64,000 nucleotides of DNA from Candidatus Woesearchaeota archaeon (GTDB lineage Archaea > Nanobdellota > Nanobdellia > Woesearchaeales > SKIA01): positions 160,001 through 224,000 of the forward strand of contig JBJKRI010000005.1 of assembly GCA_046704725.1 (NCBI GenBank). Direction: 5' to 3'. The number at the start of each line of letters is the position of its first letter. The stretch's first letter is position 1. Under the pieces are notes generated by a model, which did not search any database, was not told where the DNA came from, and worked only from the letters and a program-made list of their open reading frames with translations. Shown one piece after another: positions 8,986-18,397 of this stretch. Both the position numbers and the translations under genes were made by a program.

Positions 8986-9275
8986 TGCGGTACGGATTGC
9001 GAATATCGCTGACCGCGGCGCTCACACTCGCGCTGGGTGCTGGAGGCTTTTTCGGGTATGAGGCGTACGAAGGACGCGAGTACGCGAGAACGCACACCTG
9101 CGAGCAGGTGCGGGGATCCCTGTTCAGCTCCTTGCTCCCTGCATATGAATGGGCGCTGCACCACTATGCGCGAGGGCGCTGCACGGACCTGAAGTACGCG
9201 AGCAATCCGATGCCCGAGACGAAGCAGAGCGCTCCCCAGACAGCCGCGTACGCGACGAAGAACGTCTCCGGATAG
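8985..9275 (+). CDS. Hypothetical protein with N-terminal membrane anchor
   Basis: TGATG coupling to trmI; hydrophobic N-terminus; 3' end overlaps the convergent gene. Confidence 0.45.
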   Translation: MRYGLRISLTAALTLALGAGGFFGYEAYEGREYARTHTCEQVRGSLFSSLLPAYEWALHHYARGRCTDLKYASNPMPETKQSAPQTAAYATKNVSG

Positions 9276-9682
9276 GTCTGGATGATGAGCGATGACGCCG
9301 GGAACATCCAGTCGCCCTGCGGGAACAAGAGCGCATGCATGCCCGTGAACGCCGCATTCCACGGGATGAGCGCGAGGACGACCGGGATGGCGGCAAGCGC
9401 GCCGCCGGCCCAGAGCGCGATGCTCTTGTCCAAGAAGAAGGCCCAGAGCGCGAGGATGACTGCGAGCGCGGTGACGATGCGCGCGAGAAGCAGGACATGA
9501 TAGACATCGCCCATGTGGTGGTTGGCGTCGGACGAGAACGGCAGCTGGCCCTGTCCGGTCTCCATGTAGGACTTGACCTGCAGGCGCAACGGCGTGTTCG
9601 CGTGGAAGGCGAAGACCGCGAAGAACAATACTCCAGCGATAGCGAGCACGGCGAGGACGCTTCCGATGATCCGCACGAGCAT
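9164..9682 (-). CDS. DUF1461 / Lit-like integral membrane protein
   Basis: HMGDV, FTGMHALLFPQGDWMFP..SLIIQTYPETFF; four TM segments. Confidence 0.75.
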   Translation of the reverse strand: MLVRIIGSVLAVLAIAGVLFFAVFAFHANTPLRLQVKSYMETGQGQLPFSSDANHHMGDVYHVLLLARIVTALAVILALWAFFLDKSIALWAGGALAAIPVVLALIPWNAAFTGMHALLFPQGDWMFPASSLIIQTYPETFFVAYAAVWGALCFVSGIGLLAYFRSVQRPRA

Positions 9683-9759
9683 GCGATACGCATCCTGCCC
9701 TTGGATATAATGCTTTTGCGAAGCGACAAGCAGAAAAAGGAGAGGGATAAGATAGAGCC

Positions 9760-10347
9760 ATGCTCTCGCACATCTTCAGCCTCTCCGAGGGGATATCCAC
9801 GGTGCTTCCCTTGGCATTGTTCGCCATCGGCGTGGCGGTCTACACCGTCTTCATCTGGAAGTTCTATCGTTTTCTCGCGCGGCGGGACATCCTCAAGCTC
9901 GACCTCAACCAGTACAACACCCTCACGCACCCTCTCTTCGAGAAGGCCGCGGCCGTGTTCTTCTACGCGTTGCAGTTCCTCGTCGTGTTCCCCGCGCTCG
10001 TGTTCTTCTGGTTCCTCGTATTGACGGCGCTTCTCATATTCCTCGCGGAGAAGCAAGGGCTCGAGAACATCCTGCTGGTCGCGATGGCCGTGGTCGCGGC
10101 GGTACGCATCACTGCGTACGTGAGCGAGGACATCAGCAAGGATGTGGCGAAACTGCTTCCGTTCGCGCTGCTCGGCGTGTTCCTCGTGGACGTCACGTAC
10201 TTCAACCTGTCCAAGTCGCTCACGATGATCGGCCAGCTGCCAGGGGAGTGGGTGACGCTCGTGTACTACCTGCTCTTCGCGGTCGGACTCGAGATCGTGC
10301 TGCGCATCCTCTCCCCTCTCCTCCAGGCGCTGGGCAAGGGAGACTGA
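9760..10347 (+). CDS. Hypothetical multi-pass membrane protein
   Basis: About five TM segments, host-like codon usage. Confidence 0.8.
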   Translation: MLSHIFSLSEGISTVLPLALFAIGVAVYTVFIWKFYRFLARRDILKLDLNQYNTLTHPLFEKAAAVFFYALQFLVVFPALVFFWFLVLTALLIFLAEKQGLENILLVAMAVVAAVRITAYVSEDISKDVAKLLPFALLGVFLVDVTYFNLSKSLTMIGQLPGEWVTLVYYLLFAVGLEIVLRILSPLLQALGKGD

Positions 10348-10350
10348 AGA

Positions 10351-11049
10351 CTATTGCAGACGCACGCCTGCTGAGACGTACGTGACTGTGGGCAACCCGT
10401 TGAATCCGTACTGGCGATGCAATCCAAAACGCACTCCGATGCCATCGATCTTCGTGGTCAGGTCTGCTCCAACATCGATGCGTCCCAAGCCGTTGTGGGT
10501 AAAGAAATCATCGAGATACGCTGCCTGCATGCAAGGATCGATGCTGAGACCCACTTCATTGGCACGCAGCGCGATAGGCTTATTGATCTGGAGCGTTGTG
10601 AGCGAACCGCTTCGTTGCGGATTGCGGGAGATCACTTGACGGTACATCGCTTGCGCGTCGAGTGTGCCGTTGTATGTCGCTCCCATCTTCGCCGCGACAT
10701 CCTGGTTTCCCAGGCGCCCGGACGGGTACTTCCAGACGGCCGCCACGGCAGAGATCGTTAGACCGTCAGCGACGCGCTTGTTCACGCTGATGCTGCCGTC
10801 AATCTCGTCGAGCCCGCTTTCGGGATTCTCATCGAACCAGACGTACGCGGAGATGCTCTTGTTCGCGTAGGGGATGAGCGCGTCGATGACGGGGCCCTTG
10901 CTCATGACAAAGCCCGCCGGACGCACGTCGCGGCTGCGGACCTCGATGGACTGTGCGGCTGCCTGGGAGGCACTGAAAGCGGAGAGAGCGACAATAGCGG
11001 CTCCCGCCGCGAGCGACGCCCAACGACTTCTCCTGCGGTGCGCGGTCAT
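10351..11049 (-). CDS. Secreted beta-strand-rich protein, porin/beta-barrel-like
   Basis: Signal peptide ending AAA|Q; alternating amphipathic strands; terminal strand TYVSAGVRLQ. Confidence 0.6.
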   Translation of the reverse strand: MTAHRRRSRWASLAAGAAIVALSAFSASQAAAQSIEVRSRDVRPAGFVMSKGPVIDALIPYANKSISAYVWFDENPESGLDEIDGSISVNKRVADGLTISAVAAVWKYPSGRLGNQDVAAKMGATYNGTLDAQAMYRQVISRNPQRSGSLTTLQINKPIALRANEVGLSIDPCMQAAYLDDFFTHNGLGRIDVGADLTTKIDGIGVRFGLHRQYGFNGLPTVTYVSAGVRLQ

Positions 11050-11864
11050 GCTGTCCTCACCACTCTTCTGTGCGCTGACGTGTATGCCATCTCCGTGGTT
11101 GTCTCGTATGTGGGATATCCCGCTTCGCGCATTGCAGCTATCAGCTTCGGATGGCGCTCCGCAATAACGTCGAAGCCGACTTTGCGTACCTGTCGCTTGT
11201 ACTCGCGCATGGTGATAGGCATGTTATCGATTGCAACCTCAATCCGGGTGTCGTTCCATCCGAGATGGAAACCTGCTTTGGTCCCGTCCGTCAACCTATA
11301 GACTGCGTTGCTCCACGTCTTTGGTTTGTAGTCGTCGTGCTCTGTTACAGAGATCTCAGTCATCGCAAATCGGAGTCTATTGAACGCCTTGCTCGCGTCC
11401 TCGTGCTGCCAGTGTTCGTCAACGTCTCTACTGTCGATGTATCCTGAGGCGTGAGCGTATGGCGCTGGCGTCATCCGCGGTTCGCGCACGCATACCTTTA
11501 TACCGAGGGCGGTGGCGACCTCCGTCGCCACGTCTAAGGCCTTTCTTCGGCAGCCTTCCATCGCCCCCTTTCGCGTCCAATAGTTGCCAATATGTTCACC
11601 TGCGGTCAGGTGCGTGAACCCACGAACGCGATATCGTCTCCAGTGCCCTTCAGCAATGGGCATGAAATGCTCGATGGCCTGCTTGGTAGGGCCGATTTCG
11701 TGCGGATCGTCAGAGTCCAGAAGAACTCCTATTCCTTCCGGAGTCTCCCTCACGCTCACAAAGCGCGTGACGGTCTTCCCATGCTCTTTGTTCCACTCGT
11801 CACCGTGTTCTATGGCTGAGCGGTATGCCTTGATACTGTCAGTGAGTGAGTCTTTCCGTATCAT
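11046..11864 (-). CDS. Hypothetical protein (orphan, lower GC)
   Basis: Long open frame coupled (ATGA) to the downstream gene. Confidence 0.65.
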   Translation of the reverse strand: MIRKDSLTDSIKAYRSAIEHGDEWNKEHGKTVTRFVSVRETPEGIGVLLDSDDPHEIGPTKQAIEHFMPIAEGHWRRYRVRGFTHLTAGEHIGNYWTRKGAMEGCRRKALDVATEVATALGIKVCVREPRMTPAPYAHASGYIDSRDVDEHWQHEDASKAFNRLRFAMTEISVTEHDDYKPKTWSNAVYRLTDGTKAGFHLGWNDTRIEVAIDNMPITMREYKRQVRKVGFDVIAERHPKLIAAMREAGYPTYETTTEMAYTSAHRRVVRTA

Positions 11865-11870
11865 ATGCAC

Positions 11871-11885
11871 TACTTACTCGTAGTA
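11871..11885. promoter_or_regulatory. Candidate TrmB-type operator TACT-N3/N7-AGTA
   Basis: tacttactcgtagta in the divergent promoter of a TrmB-family gene. Confidence 0.4.
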
Positions 11886-11923
11886 CTATAACTACATATA
11901 TCCTCTCAATAAGGAGGATAGTG

Positions 11924-12649
11924 ATGGATACTGCCGTCCTCGAGGACCTGGGGCTCACGCACGCCGAGATCACGGTCTACGTGACCCTCCTGGAGCTGGG
12001 CTCCGCGCACGCCGGGCAGGTGCTGGAAAAGAGCGGGCTCGCCAATTCTGTCGTGCACCGGGCACTCAACAGCCTCATCGAGAAAGGCATCGTCAACTAC
12101 GTGCTCGAAGGACGACGACGCGTCTACCACGCCACCGATCCCGAATCGTTCTACGGCTACATCGACGAGAAGAAACGACAATTCACCGAGATCCTGCCGG
12201 CGCTCAAGGAGAAGCAGAAGCTCGCCGGAACTTCGGAGGCAGCGCGCATCTACAAAGGGCTGCGAGGTATCAAGGAAGTGTACAGCATCATGATCGAGGG
12301 CGGCCCGGAATACCTCACCTTCGGCGGAGGCCATGCGGTGGCCGAACGGATGGGGATGGCCTGGTGGCGGAACCTGCACACGAGGCGCATCGCGAAACGA
12401 TTGCCGTCACGGCAGGTCTTCGACGAGAGCGTGCGCGCGCAGAGCGGCGACATCGCGGGCAGGCCTATCACGAGCATCCGCTGGCTGCCGGCCGAGTTCG
12501 CATCGTTCCAGGAGACGGTGATCGTCGGCGACAAGGTCGCCATCAACGTCTTCACCGAAGAGCCATACAGCTTCCTCATCGAGGACGCGTCCGTCGCGGA
12601 AGGCTACAAGAAGCACTTCGAGGTGCTCTGGGAGCGCGCGAAAGCGTGA
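11924..12649 (+). CDS. TrmB family transcriptional regulator
   Basis: LEDLGLTHAEITVYVTLLELG..L.SLIEKGIV HTH; YKGLRGIK; IVGDKVAI..F..LWE; AAGGAGG upstream. Confidence 0.9.
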   Translation: MDTAVLEDLGLTHAEITVYVTLLELGSAHAGQVLEKSGLANSVVHRALNSLIEKGIVNYVLEGRRRVYHATDPESFYGYIDEKKRQFTEILPALKEKQKLAGTSEAARIYKGLRGIKEVYSIMIEGGPEYLTFGGGHAVAERMGMAWWRNLHTRRIAKRLPSRQVFDESVRAQSGDIAGRPITSIRWLPAEFASFQETVIVGDKVAINVFTEEPYSFLIEDASVAEGYKKHFEVLWERAKA

Positions 12650-12665
12650 TGCATCTCTCTGTGAT

Positions 12666-14513
12666 TCACTCCCACTCCGTCGTCCCTGGGGGCTTGGCGG
12701 TGAGGTCGTACACGACGCGCGCGACCCCAGGAAGCTCCCTTAGCTGCGAGACGATATCCGATAGAACGTCCAATGGGATATCCTTCCCAGGGACCGCGGG
12801 CAAGCCGGTCATGAAGTCGCGCGTAATAAAGGGCCGCAAAGCGATAGAGCGTTTGCCCTTTTCGCCAAAGTCAGCGGGAAAGACGATGACCGGCACTTGG
12901 CTCAGTCGCCGATGCACGCCTGCCTTCCGAAGTGTGCTCTGTACGATGGCATCTGCTTCTCGAGCCAACGAAACCACAGCCTGACTTAGGCGCGTGTCCG
13001 TAACCTGCCCTTCGTCGCAACCCCCGAATGCGTATACGACGCGGTTCACTTGATGAACTTGGCGTGGAATTTCCTTGGCGGTACGCAGTAGATCGGGCCA
13101 ACGATCCTCTCCGGAAAGACACGCAAGAAGGCCGTACGATCGACCGTCGCCCTGCACTCCGACGGTCCGCACCGGTAGCACCGTTGCGGTTATGCCATTT
13201 CCGGAGAACTTCTGTACTCTTGCTCTCACAGCATCCAATTCTTCATGGGCGCTGGAAGTTGAGGTGCACAGGACCCGTACAGCAAGGCCTGGCCCAGGGA
13301 AAGGTTGTCGTTCAACGAGCTCGTTGGGCAGTCCGAGCATATGGCCGAGCTCCCGTACTTCATCTTTGTGCAAGTCCTTCAGTGGTTCAATGACTTTTCC
13401 CTTTCGTCGAAGTTCGCGCACGAGGGCGGTATCGTTATGATGTGTCTTTATCGTGGAGGCGCGAGCACTTGCCATCTCGGATGCACTCTCAATCAGGTCC
13501 GGGCGCAACGTTCCTTGCGCGAGAAACGTCCGGTCGTCGGGGAGACTGAGCTCGTCCAGATGCTGCTGCGCGACGCGGATGAACGTGTCCCCGATAATCT
13601 TGCGCTTCTCCTCGGGACTGCGCACTTCCCCCAGCGGTCCGATTCTTTTCCCATCCACTTCCGTGGTCGCAGAGAAGAACTCCTTGGAGGCGTCCACGAC
13701 ACGAAGATCGACACCGAGCGGCGCCAGTGCCTTGCGCACAGCTGCGCTCTCGTTCTTACGCATGAATCCCGTGTCGATGTGGAGGGCGTGTACATGCTCT
13801 GGGGGAATCGCTTTTGCGACGAGCGCAGCGCACACCGTGCTATCCACGCCTCCTGAGACGAGGACGAGCACATGAGAATCTCCTACTGTGTCAATGATGC
13901 CCTGGAGTGCCTCCTCTTCTCGGCTCTCCATCTGGAAATCTCCCGTGCAACCACAGATATCATACAGGAAATTCCGGAGCATCTGCGTGCCGTTCTCCGT
14001 GAGATCGACCTCCGGATGGAACTGCACGCCGAAGAGCTTGCGCCCTGGGTCGTCGATAGCTGCAACGATATCGCCAGAGAGGGCTGTGGTCCGAAAACCG
14101 GGAGCGAGTCGCTCGATGCTGTCTCCATGCGTGAGCAGCACCTGTTGCGGAGACGAGAGACCCTTGAACATCGCGCTTTCTTCTACGATGTCTATTGGGT
14201 ATTGACCGTCCTCCCGCTGCTGCTTGCGTTCAATGCCGCCCCCCAGGGCGTAATTCATCAATTGCATGCCATAGCAGATGCCGAGGATTGGTACACCGAC
14301 CTCGAAAAGCTTCGGATGCGCCTTGGGAGCGGACGGGTCATACACGCTCTCCGGGCCGCCAGAGATGATGATGCCGCTGAATCCCTTCAATACTTCCGGA
14401 TTGCTGTCGAGCGGGAGTATGTCGCTACGGATGTTGAGCTCTCGCACTCGGCGGTCTATCACCTTTCCGTACTGCGCGCCTGCGTCGAGAATCGCGACTT
14501 TCTCCGGATGCAT
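12666..14513 (-). CDS. guaA: GMP synthase (glutamine-hydrolysing), fused long form
   Basis: ILDAGAQY, GICYGMQ, QFHPEV, SGGVDS, IKTHHND, PFPGPGL, KPPGTTEWE. Confidence 0.97.
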   Translation of the reverse strand: MHPEKVAILDAGAQYGKVIDRRVRELNIRSDILPLDSNPEVLKGFSGIIISGGPESVYDPSAPKAHPKLFEVGVPILGICYGMQLMNYALGGGIERKQQREDGQYPIDIVEESAMFKGLSSPQQVLLTHGDSIERLAPGFRTTALSGDIVAAIDDPGRKLFGVQFHPEVDLTENGTQMLRNFLYDICGCTGDFQMESREEEALQGIIDTVGDSHVLVLVSGGVDSTVCAALVAKAIPPEHVHALHIDTGFMRKNESAAVRKALAPLGVDLRVVDASKEFFSATTEVDGKRIGPLGEVRSPEEKRKIIGDTFIRVAQQHLDELSLPDDRTFLAQGTLRPDLIESASEMASARASTIKTHHNDTALVRELRRKGKVIEPLKDLHKDEVRELGHMLGLPNELVERQPFPGPGLAVRVLCTSTSSAHEELDAVRARVQKFSGNGITATVLPVRTVGVQGDGRSYGLLACLSGEDRWPDLLRTAKEIPRQVHQVNRVVYAFGGCDEGQVTDTRLSQAVVSLAREADAIVQSTLRKAGVHRRLSQVPVIVFPADFGEKGKRSIALRPFITRDFMTGLPAVPGKDIPLDVLSDIVSQLRELPGVARVVYDLTAKPPGTTEWE

Positions 14514-14564
14514 TTCGATTTTGGAAGCATAGGTTTCTTAAAAACACGTCGACAGGAGACTCAG

Positions 14565-15269
14565 GTGAGCAAGGAATCAGTGGCTCTCGCTGTTGAAGAG
14601 GCGTTTTCCTCCAGAACATATGGTATGGCTTTCCTCACAGAACGGCCCTTCCTGTGGAATCTGCCGCTCATGTATTTCGAGGATGGACTCTCGTTGCGAA
14701 AAAGATTTTTTGAATGCGCGCAAGCTGCTCTTCTCTTGTATGAGCGCCTGGCGAACGAGAACCTGGCCGCAACCATCTGCAGAGGAAAGGACGCTTTGGG
14801 GCTATTCGCTCCTGATGGACACTATTTCGTTGAATGTGAAGGCGTACAGTTGGATGCCACAGGGTTGTACGAAGTCATTAATCCAGGTCATACGAAAACT
14901 GCCAGTGTATCTTACGAGGGCGTCAGAGAATCGCTTGTTCGGCAGCATTGGGTGCCTTTTCCCCACTCAACCATGATCCCTCTCGGAGCGGATAGACGAT
15001 TGAAGACTGCCTCGTTTATCTCTGTACTATACCCTGAGTATCTTCGAGCGAACCAGTTCGGCTTCAAGACAAGGCCGCTGCTCGATGACTTTGTGTTCAA
15101 ATATACCGTCCGACATCCTGGTATTGAGGAGTCCGTATTGCTCAGCGCTCGCGATGCGAAAGAACTCGTGTTTCGTAATAGGCCGGGAAAGCTTGTGCAC
15201 AATGGACTCCAGAACGATCTCGGAGTATTGACGAAGTTTGTGGCGCGATTCCGCGAGGCATTCCCCTGA
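14565..15269 (+). CDS. Orphan protein, possible Cys-His-Asp (transglutaminase-like) fold
   Basis: AGGAG before GTG; ECAQAALLLY...GHYFV...LDAT; lower GC. Confidence 0.55.
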   Translation: MSKESVALAVEEAFSSRTYGMAFLTERPFLWNLPLMYFEDGLSLRKRFFECAQAALLLYERLANENLAATICRGKDALGLFAPDGHYFVECEGVQLDATGLYEVINPGHTKTASVSYEGVRESLVRQHWVPFPHSTMIPLGADRRLKTASFISVLYPEYLRANQFGFKTRPLLDDFVFKYTVRHPGIEESVLLSARDAKELVFRNRPGKLVHNGLQNDLGVLTKFVARFREAFP

Positions 15270-15270
15270 T

Positions 15271-17019
15271 TCATTTGGAACTGCTGTAATACAGGTTCCC
15301 GCTTCCGCGCTGCTCCTTGTCCTTGACAGAGCCGGGCTTGTTCACGCGCGGACGGCCGGAATCCTCGTCGCGCCGGAACGTGATGCCCAGGTCGCGCAAG
15401 AAGATGTTCATGCCTTCCTCCATCGTGTAGGGCCCGCGCGCGTGTCCCGAGACGGCGGGCTCGCCGTCGAAGACGACGAGCTTCTCGGAGAGGTAGTCGA
15501 TGAAGAGCAGGTCGTGGTCCACGACAAGGCACGCTTTCCCCTTCGCCTCCATCATCTCGGCGATGATCTTGGACATGCGCAACCGCTGCTCGACGTCGAG
15601 GTACGCGGACGGCTCGTCTAACAAGAACAGGTCGGCGTCCTCCGCCAGTTTCTTGGCGATGACCACGCGCTGCAACTGGCCGCCCGAGAGCTCCGAGAGC
15701 ATGCGCTCGAACAACGGCTCGAGCTCCAACGGATCGATGAGTTGCGTGCGGTACTTCATGGCGTCGGAAAGATACGTCATGACGAGTTGGTCGTCCGGCG
15801 TCAGGTACTGCGGCTTGTGGCTCACCTTCAACGCGCCGGTCTTGGTTTGTCCCTCGATGCGCGCCAGTTCGTTCACGAAGGTCGTCTTTCCGATGCCGTT
15901 CTCGCCGAGCACGCCGATGACGTCGTGCGTGTTGATCGTGCCGGCGTCCGCCTCCAAGGAGAAGTCGCCCTTCTTCACCTTGAACGCGGGCCAGTCGGCG
16001 AGGAAGGTGTCGCGCTCGATCGTGGACGGCGCGCGCACCTCGAAAGTGATCTGCGAGGGACGGAAGCGCACGTTCTCCTCGGGAAGATAGCCGGAGAGGT
16101 ACACGTTGATGCCGCTCTTGGTGGTCTTGACCTGGCTGACGATGCCGTAGGCGTTCTCCTTGCCGTACATGAGGTGCACGAGATCTGTCAAGTAGTCGAG
16201 GATGATGAGGTCGTGCTCGATGACGAGGACGGACACGTCATCTTTTGCCAAGGAGCGCAGGAAGCGGCTGATCTTGATGCGCTGGGTGATATCGAGGTAG
16301 GATGTCGGTTCGTCGAAGATGTAGACGTTCGCGTCCTTGAGGACGGTGGCCGCGATGGCCACGCGCTGCAACTCCCCGCCGGAGATGTCCTTCACGTTGC
16401 GGTCGAGCACCTTGGTGAGCTCCAACGTCTCGGCGATCGAGTCGAGACGCTTGGTCTCATCCACCTTCTCGAGCAGCTCTCGCACCGTGCCCGAGAATTG
16501 CCGGGGGATGTGCTCGACCTGCTGGGGCTTGTACGCGACGGTGATCTTGCCGTCGCGCAGCTTCTCGAAATAGGCCTGGGCTTCTGTGCCCTTGAAGTAC
16601 TGCACGAGCTCGTCCCACGAGGCCTCGTGGTCGGACTTGAGGTTCGGCCTTAAGAGACCAGCGAGGATCTTGACGGCCGTGGACTTACCGATGCCGTTGC
16701 GGCCGAGGATGCCCACCACCTTGCCGGGCAGGGGCACGGGCAGGTTGAAGAGCTGGAAGCCCGACTCGCCGTAGCGATGGACGGGCTGCTCGTCGAACTC
16801 CTCGGGGAGATTGACGATGGTGATGGCGTTGGTGGGGCATTTCTTGGGGCAGATGCCGCAGCCCACGCAGAGCGACTCGACGATCTTCGCCTTCTTGTCC
16901 TCACCCTCATAGACGCACTGCTCGCCGGAACGATTGACCGGGCAGACCCGCGCGCACAGCAATCCACCGCACTTGGACTGGTTGCACTTGTCCGCCTCCA
17001 CCACAGCTATCCGCGCCAT
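15271..17019 (-). CDS. rli: Ribosome recycling ATPase ABCE1/RLI
   Basis: N-terminal 4Fe-4S Cys motifs (CPVN, CVGCGICPKKCP); two Walker A GxNGIGKS/T; SGGELQR; FRRDEDSGRPRVNK. Confidence 0.97.
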   Translation of the reverse strand: MARIAVVEADKCNQSKCGGLLCARVCPVNRSGEQCVYEGEDKKAKIVESLCVGCGICPKKCPTNAITIVNLPEEFDEQPVHRYGESGFQLFNLPVPLPGKVVGILGRNGIGKSTAVKILAGLLRPNLKSDHEASWDELVQYFKGTEAQAYFEKLRDGKITVAYKPQQVEHIPRQFSGTVRELLEKVDETKRLDSIAETLELTKVLDRNVKDISGGELQRVAIAATVLKDANVYIFDEPTSYLDITQRIKISRFLRSLAKDDVSVLVIEHDLIILDYLTDLVHLMYGKENAYGIVSQVKTTKSGINVYLSGYLPEENVRFRPSQITFEVRAPSTIERDTFLADWPAFKVKKGDFSLEADAGTINTHDVIGVLGENGIGKTTFVNELARIEGQTKTGALKVSHKPQYLTPDDQLVMTYLSDAMKYRTQLIDPLELEPLFERMLSELSGGQLQRVVIAKKLAEDADLFLLDEPSAYLDVEQRLRMSKIIAEMMEAKGKACLVVDHDLLFIDYLSEKLVVFDGEPAVSGHARGPYTMEEGMNIFLRDLGITFRRDEDSGRPRVNKPGSVKDKEQRGSGNLYYSSSK

Positions 17020-17113
17020 GGGTCAGCAGAACAGAAGCTGGTTTAAAAATGGTGTCGCTCGGACGTCAAGAATCATCCGGAAAGCATATAGTCAGAGGGA
17101 TGTGACGTGGCAT

Positions 17114-17944
17114 ATGGACCACGTCTGGGAGTACACGGGCGATTCGAGCAATCCTGGACTCGACTTGCTGTGCTACGGTATTGTGCACGACCGCGAACCA
17201 TCCTACGCGAGTTGCACGTATCTGACCTTGAGTCCGGATACGGTCGATGACAAGCCCCTCCAGCTCGCGGAAGGGGTCGCTCTGCCGCCTCTCGAAGAAT
17301 GGAACAGACAGCTCAAGTCGATTATGATATCGTTCAACCTTTCCAAAGGGCGCGTGAGGGAATTCCCGAACAGAATATTTCTCGGGGACTATGATTACGA
17401 TGCATCCGCCGTCAATGCGCAAAAGTCCCAAGGGACCACCTGGGCTGTGCGCATGGGACAACTTCTCCGCGGAACGACCTGTCCGCGGATGCCGTGCTTC
17501 GAGCGGCTCGAACCATTCTATACCCATATTGGTGATATGCTGCAAAGAGCGTACGGCCTACGGGTTGGTGAACGGATGGAAGAGCTTGGTGAAGAGGTCC
17601 AAGCGATGAAGGACTACATAGGTTCCCAATCCTGTCTGACGAAGTTCGAGATGCTTGAGGCCGGCGAGGTGCTCAACGAGACGAGTGTCATGCTACTGGA
17701 CTGGGAGAGCGAGGAGGCGGTCCGACGGGCAGCGTACTGGCTTGCGGCTATCGTTGTGCAGGAGCGTTTCAGCGTGCCATACATGCGTCTGGATCTCCGA
17801 AATGTGGCGCAGAGGACGCGCGGGCCACGGCCGACCGGGAGCGCGCAAGAGGTCGACCGCCTGATTGATGTCGCTGGTCGTTCACACCTGCGCGGGGTCT
17901 TGCTCGGAGAGCTGGAACAACTGAGGAAGCAGCGCTCTACTTGA
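17114..17944 (+). CDS. Hypothetical protein (orphan)
   Basis: Long ORF with own promoter-like aaagcatatag; no family recognised. Confidence 0.6.
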   Translation: MDHVWEYTGDSSNPGLDLLCYGIVHDREPSYASCTYLTLSPDTVDDKPLQLAEGVALPPLEEWNRQLKSIMISFNLSKGRVREFPNRIFLGDYDYDASAVNAQKSQGTTWAVRMGQLLRGTTCPRMPCFERLEPFYTHIGDMLQRAYGLRVGERMEELGEEVQAMKDYIGSQSCLTKFEMLEAGEVLNETSVMLLDWESEEAVRRAAYWLAAIVVQERFSVPYMRLDLRNVAQRTRGPRPTGSAQEVDRLIDVAGRSHLRGVLLGELEQLRKQRST

Positions 17945-18299
17945 GTTCGGGAAGCACGTATTTCTTGCGCTGCCAGAAAGCGACGACGAGCACTTCCATG
18001 CGCTTGACCAAGACGCCTGCAGGGCCCCATACCAATGGCAGCCAGATGAAGGCGACGGGCATGTTCTGGGGCTGCTTCACGCTTCCGACGAGCGACCAGG
18101 CCGTGAACAACGTCCCGACGAGCGCGCCGACGATATAGGACAATCCGGTGGAGGCGTACGGCCAGAACCAGACGGACAGCCCGAGCGGGAGCAGCAAGAG
18201 CAAGGCGAGGAAGTACGGCACTTGCCACAGGAACGCGACGAGGAATACTGTGAGGAAGAGCACGAGCACCATCCGACCGATCTCCCGCGGAAAACCCAT
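17937..18299 (-). CDS. Small multi-pass membrane protein
   Basis: 120 aa with about four hydrophobic segments. Confidence 0.7.
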   Translation of the reverse strand: MGFPREIGRMVLVLFLTVFLVAFLWQVPYFLALLLLLPLGLSVWFWPYASTGLSYIVGALVGTLFTAWSLVGSVKQPQNMPVAFIWLPLVWGPAGVLVKRMEVLVVAFWQRKKYVLPELK

Positions 18300-18397
18300 G
18301 GCTCCGCGGTACTGAATCTCCTTTATAACGATTTTCTGCGAGAAGACACCACTCGCGAGTGCGACAAAGATATATAGCAGTGTTCCCGCGCGGTGCT

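Noticed and set aside
13872-14564. 5' part of the 465-aa plus-strand ORF
   Set aside because: Antisense to guaA; a plausible start with an SD-like site is at 14565
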